Source: Pseudobacteriovorax sp.
GTDB taxonomy: Bacteria; Bdellovibrionota_B; Oligoflexia; Oligoflexales; Oligoflexaceae
DNA length: 10,598 bases
NCBI GenBank assembly: GCA_050293845.1
Contig: JBNKNM010000197.1
Span: 1-10,598 of the forward strand
Reading direction: 5' to 3'
Shown: positions 7,320 to 10,598 of the stretch, piece by piece
Layout: the number at the start of each line of letters is the position of its first letter
How positions within the stretch are numbered: the first letter of the stretch is position 1
Notes under the pieces: generated by a model
Seen by the model: only the letters and a program-made list of their open reading frames with translations
Told to the model about the DNA's origin: nothing
Databases searched by the model: none
Program-made: the position numbers and the translations under genes

Positions 7320-10300
7320 TTAAGTTCCCAACTTTTTTTCAGGACTTGGCTTGAATTGAAGATCATCGCTGATCAAACTTTCTTCTGCACCGACTCCACG
7401 AGCAATATAGGATAAATAAGTTAAGGTTGGCACTACAAATAAAGTTAGAATAGTGGCAAAGCTCAATCCATAAATAATAGTCCAAGCCATAGGTGCCCAC
7501 CATTCCGAAGATTCTGAGCCAAATTGGATACTAAAGTCAAAAAAGTTAAAGCTGATACCATATGCCATGGGTAACAAACCAATGACAGTAGTTATAGCAG
7601 TTAGTAATACAGGACGCAGCCTTGTCTCCGCAGCTTCTAATACAGCGTTCTTCAATGGCTTACCTTCTAAAACCAATTGATTGATGAAGTCAATCAGGAC
7701 AATAGCATTATTAACAACGACTCCAGCCAAGCTAATCACACCTATGCCAGACATAATAATAACAAATGTTTGCCTAAAAATAAGCAGCCCCCAAAACACT
7801 CCCCCCAAGGAGAGAAAAACCGCTACAAGGATAATCATCGGTTGAGCCACAGAGTTAAACTGAATGACCATCACTAAAAATATCAAGAATATGGCAACGA
7901 TAAAGGCTTGTATTAAAAACTCGGTGGACTCCTGCCTCACCTCTTGGCCCTGTCCACTTGAGATATCATATTTATGAGGTACACTAATTTTATGCACAGC
8001 CTCATCAATCTCTTTCTTCACCTGCTCCTTACCATCGATCTCAGGCAAAAAATCGGCAAACACACTAACAGTCCTCAAACGCTCGGATCTTTTAATAACG
8101 TTAACAGAACTCACCCTTTCGATATGAGCAAAAGTAGAAAGGGGGATGCGCTTACCATCTTTAACGATTTCCAAATCTCTTAAAAATGAAAGCTGGTCGC
8201 GAGCTTCCTTGGTAAGCCTTAACATAACATCATACTCTTCTTTACCGCGACGAATGGTACTCTCTTTGGAGCCCGAAATAGCCGTGCGAATCGTAGAAGC
8301 AATAAGTCTCGTATTAAACCCTAAGCGGTTAGCCTTCTCACGATCTATGATAACCTTGATTTCAGGCTTTGCCGCCTCAAAATCTGAGTCTACCAGGTCA
8401 AACTTATCGCTGTACTTATTGATAATAGCCTCAATTTTTGCAGCAATAGCACCAAGCTGACGATAATCTTGTCCCGTAACATCGTAGGAAATATCGTTTC
8501 CTTTAGGGGGACCACCTTCCAGCTTGGTAACTTTAATTTCCGCTCCGGGGATGCTGGCTACTGCTTTTCTCATATCCTGTAAGCTCTGGGAGCTGGGAAT
8601 CTCCCTTTCGACGAAGGGCTTAAAGGTAATGCGAATCTGTGTACGATGAGAGTCCCTCCCCGAACCAGCCCCCGATCGTGCTCCCACCGAAGTTTGGATA
8701 CTCTCAGCACTGGCAGGCACCCCGTTCAAGCGTTCTTCTATTTTAGATGAGAATACTTTATTTTTTTCCAAAGGAGTACCATTAGGTAATTTCACTGATA
8801 CTACACCTACACGGGGATCGAGGGAGGGAAAAAAGACCGTCTCTTTTCCAAACATCCCATTAAGTATGATACCGGCAAACACAAAGATTGTTATGGCAGC
8901 AAGTACACCCAAACTCCTTTTGGTATTGGAAAGAGCCGACTCCAAAGACTTACGATAGATCTTCTGTAACTTTTGAAACCCTCCTCCTCCTTCAGTGACT
9001 CTACGCTTGTTTTCCTCACTAATAGAAAGGAACCTAGCACAAAACGTCATTGTAATCGTTAAGCCCACAAACAATGATGAGACCAATACAATGATAACGG
9101 TCTTGGGAAGATAGGACATAAATTCACCCATAATCCCGGGCATAAAAACGATAGGAAAAAAAGCCAGCACTGTTGTCGCCGTAGAGGTCGCGATGGGCCA
9201 CGCCACTTCCCGCGTGCCATCTAAGGCAGCACGAATACGGCTTTTACCCATAGCTGCGTGTCGATAAATATTTTCAACAATAACAATGCCATTATCAACC
9301 AGCATACCTAACGCGATTACCAAGCTGAATAGTACGACCATATTCAAAGTAATACCTGTTAGGCTTAACACAAAAAACGACATCAGCATGGAAAAGGGAA
9401 TAGCTAAAGAAACAAATAATGCATTCACCAGTCCTAGAAAAAAAAGAGTAACGATTAGCACGAGGCATAGGGCGGAGAGGATATTGTTTTCTAAATCCAG
9501 AACCATTGATTTGATATTTTCAGATTCATCATAAGTGTAATCAAGAACTGTCTCGGGAGGAAACTCTTCCTCACTGTTCGCCACGACTTTTTTTATATTC
9601 TCAACCAATTCAATCAGGTTTTCACCTGATCGCTTTTTTACCGCTAGCGAAATAGCTGGCTTTCCATTCAGTGTTGAGTAAGAATCCAAATCTGAATAAC
9701 GAAAGCTAACATTTCCCAAATTTTTCAGAGGGATCTGACGATCACCGGATTTCACAACAATGCTTTTGAATTCCTCAGGGTCAGAAATCTCTCCCGAAAC
9801 CGTTACGCTAAAGTTCAGAATATCTGATTTTAGCTCTCCGCCGGGGATAGTGATATTCTCATTTCTAATGGCTTTCCCCACATCACTTAGGGAGAATCCA
9901 TATTGACTTAAGAGTGTGGGATCGATGGCAATTTCAACCTCACGGTGGAGTTTACCCGTCACAAGTACGTCCAAAACACCCTGTATTTTCTTTATCTGAT
10001 CTTCTAAATCATCCACTAGAGTTTCAATACGCTCTAATCCATCCGGATTGGAAATAGTGATGATGAGGAATGGTTGGTCGGAGAAGTTCAGTTCCCGCAC
10101 GACAGGGTCTTCAGCATCCAAAGGCAGTTTCGACTTTGCAATATCCACCCTCTCTTTGGTACGCCGCAAAGCCAACTCTACATCTGTATCACCCGAAAAC
10201 TCCGCTGTTACCATTGACACTCCGAGTTGGCTGGTAGACTTCAGTTTATCCAAGCCTTCCAACCCTTCTAGTTCAGCTTCTATTTCCTCGGTAATTAATG

Positions 10301-10475
10301 ACTCTATATCCTTAGGTGATACCCCAGGATAAACAGTAGTAATAAAAATCAAAGGACGGCGGATCTCTGGAGCAGATTCTCGCGGTAGCGAAATATAAGA
10401 CACCAAACCCATAATCACTATTAGTAAAGCAAAGACAAAAACCGCCAAGTATTTTTTTACAATACCACCTAACAT
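7320..10475 (-). CDS. RND efflux transporter permease subunit (AcrB/AcrD/AcrF family)
   Basis: 1051 aa with the layout TM1, large loop, TM cluster, large loop, TM cluster. Motifs YPGVSPKDIESLIT, LGMLVDNGIVIVENI, GVVVNNAIVLIDF and RLRPVLLTAITT. Purine-rich RBS AAGGGGAAG just upstream of ATG10475. Confidence 0.95.
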   Translation of the reverse strand: MLGGIVKKYLAVFVFALLIVIMGLVSYISLPRESAPEIRRPLIFITTVYPGVSPKDIESLITEEIEAELEGLEGLDKLKSTSQLGVSMVTAEFSGDTDVELALRRTKERVDIAKSKLPLDAEDPVVRELNFSDQPFLIITISNPDGLERIETLVDDLEDQIKKIQGVLDVLVTGKLHREVEIAIDPTLLSQYGFSLSDVGKAIRNENITIPGGELKSDILNFSVTVSGEISDPEEFKSIVVKSGDRQIPLKNLGNVSFRYSDLDSYSTLNGKPAISLAVKKRSGENLIELVENIKKVVANSEEEFPPETVLDYTYDESENIKSMVLDLENNILSALCLVLIVTLFFLGLVNALFVSLAIPFSMLMSFFVLSLTGITLNMVVLFSLVIALGMLVDNGIVIVENIYRHAAMGKSRIRAALDGTREVAWPIATSTATTVLAFFPIVFMPGIMGEFMSYLPKTVIIVLVSSLFVGLTITMTFCARFLSISEENKRRVTEGGGGFQKLQKIYRKSLESALSNTKRSLGVLAAITIFVFAGIILNGMFGKETVFFPSLDPRVGVVSVKLPNGTPLEKNKVFSSKIEERLNGVPASAESIQTSVGARSGAGSGRDSHRTQIRITFKPFVEREIPSSQSLQDMRKAVASIPGAEIKVTKLEGGPPKGNDISYDVTGQDYRQLGAIAAKIEAIINKYSDKFDLVDSDFEAAKPEIKVIIDREKANRLGFNTRLIASTIRTAISGSKESTIRRGKEEYDVMLRLTKEARDQLSFLRDLEIVKDGKRIPLSTFAHIERVSSVNVIKRSERLRTVSVFADFLPEIDGKEQVKKEIDEAVHKISVPHKYDISSGQGQEVRQESTEFLIQAFIVAIFLIFLVMVIQFNSVAQPMIILVAVFLSLGGVFWGLLIFRQTFVIIMSGIGVISLAGVVVNNAIVLIDFINQLVLEGKPLKNAVLEAAETRLRPVLLTAITTVIGLLPMAYGISFNFFDFSIQFGSESSEWWAPMAWTIIYGLSFATILTLFVVPTLTYLSYIARGVGAEESLISDDLQFKPSPEKKLGT

Positions 10476-10487
10476 ATCTTCCCCTTA

Positions 10488-10598
10488 CTATTGGATAACC
10501 TGTACGACAGAGCCTTCGACAGCCTGCATGTGACCTTGAATAATCAGTTGGTCCCCAAATGCAACTCCCTTATGAATAAGAGATTGGGACTCATTAGA
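10488..10598 (-). CDS. 3' end of an RND periplasmic adaptor (membrane fusion protein) gene, truncated by the window edge
   Basis: Manual translation gives SNESQSLIHKGVAFGDQLIIQGHMQAVEGSVVQVIQ followed by TAG TAA. This fits the adaptor C-terminal pattern IxxGLxxGDxVIxxGxxxLxDGxxVxV and ends 12 nt before the permease ATG. Confidence 0.8.
   Translation of the reverse strand, partial: SNESQSLIHKGVAFGDQLIIQGHMQAVEGSVVQVIQ

Noticed and set aside
6731..10332. Short ORFs nested in selO and the RND permease (6731..6928, 7677..7877, 7974..8183, 8146..8460, 9286..9534, 10048..10332)
   Set aside because: They are antisense or alternate-frame shadows of strongly supported genes.

Overview
All supported genes lie on the minus strand. 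In transcription order (right to left): the 3' end of an RND periplasmic adaptor gene (cut by the window edge), an AcrB/AcrD/AcrF-family RND permease, a SelO/YdiU protein adenylyltransferase starting 3 nt after the permease stop, and a small DUF2784-like membrane protein. After a ~300 bp AT-rich gap containing a perfect 13-bp inverted repeat come two predicted secreted modular carbohydrate-active proteins. The first has a cadherin-like domain, an unassigned ~165-aa domain, two TSP3-type Ca-binding repeats and a BNR_4 beta-propeller. The second is a GH105/GH88 unsaturated uronyl hydrolase with a C-terminal CBM32/F5-8C domain. The most interesting hypothesis is that these two form an uncharacterised lyase plus hydrolase pair. 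The ORF-free left ~900 bp appears to hold a decayed FAD sugar-lactone oxidase pseudogene and the 5' end of a fold-type III PLP enzyme gene. No RNA genes, CRISPR arrays or mobile elements were seen. All family calls rest on motif recognition by eye, with no database search.
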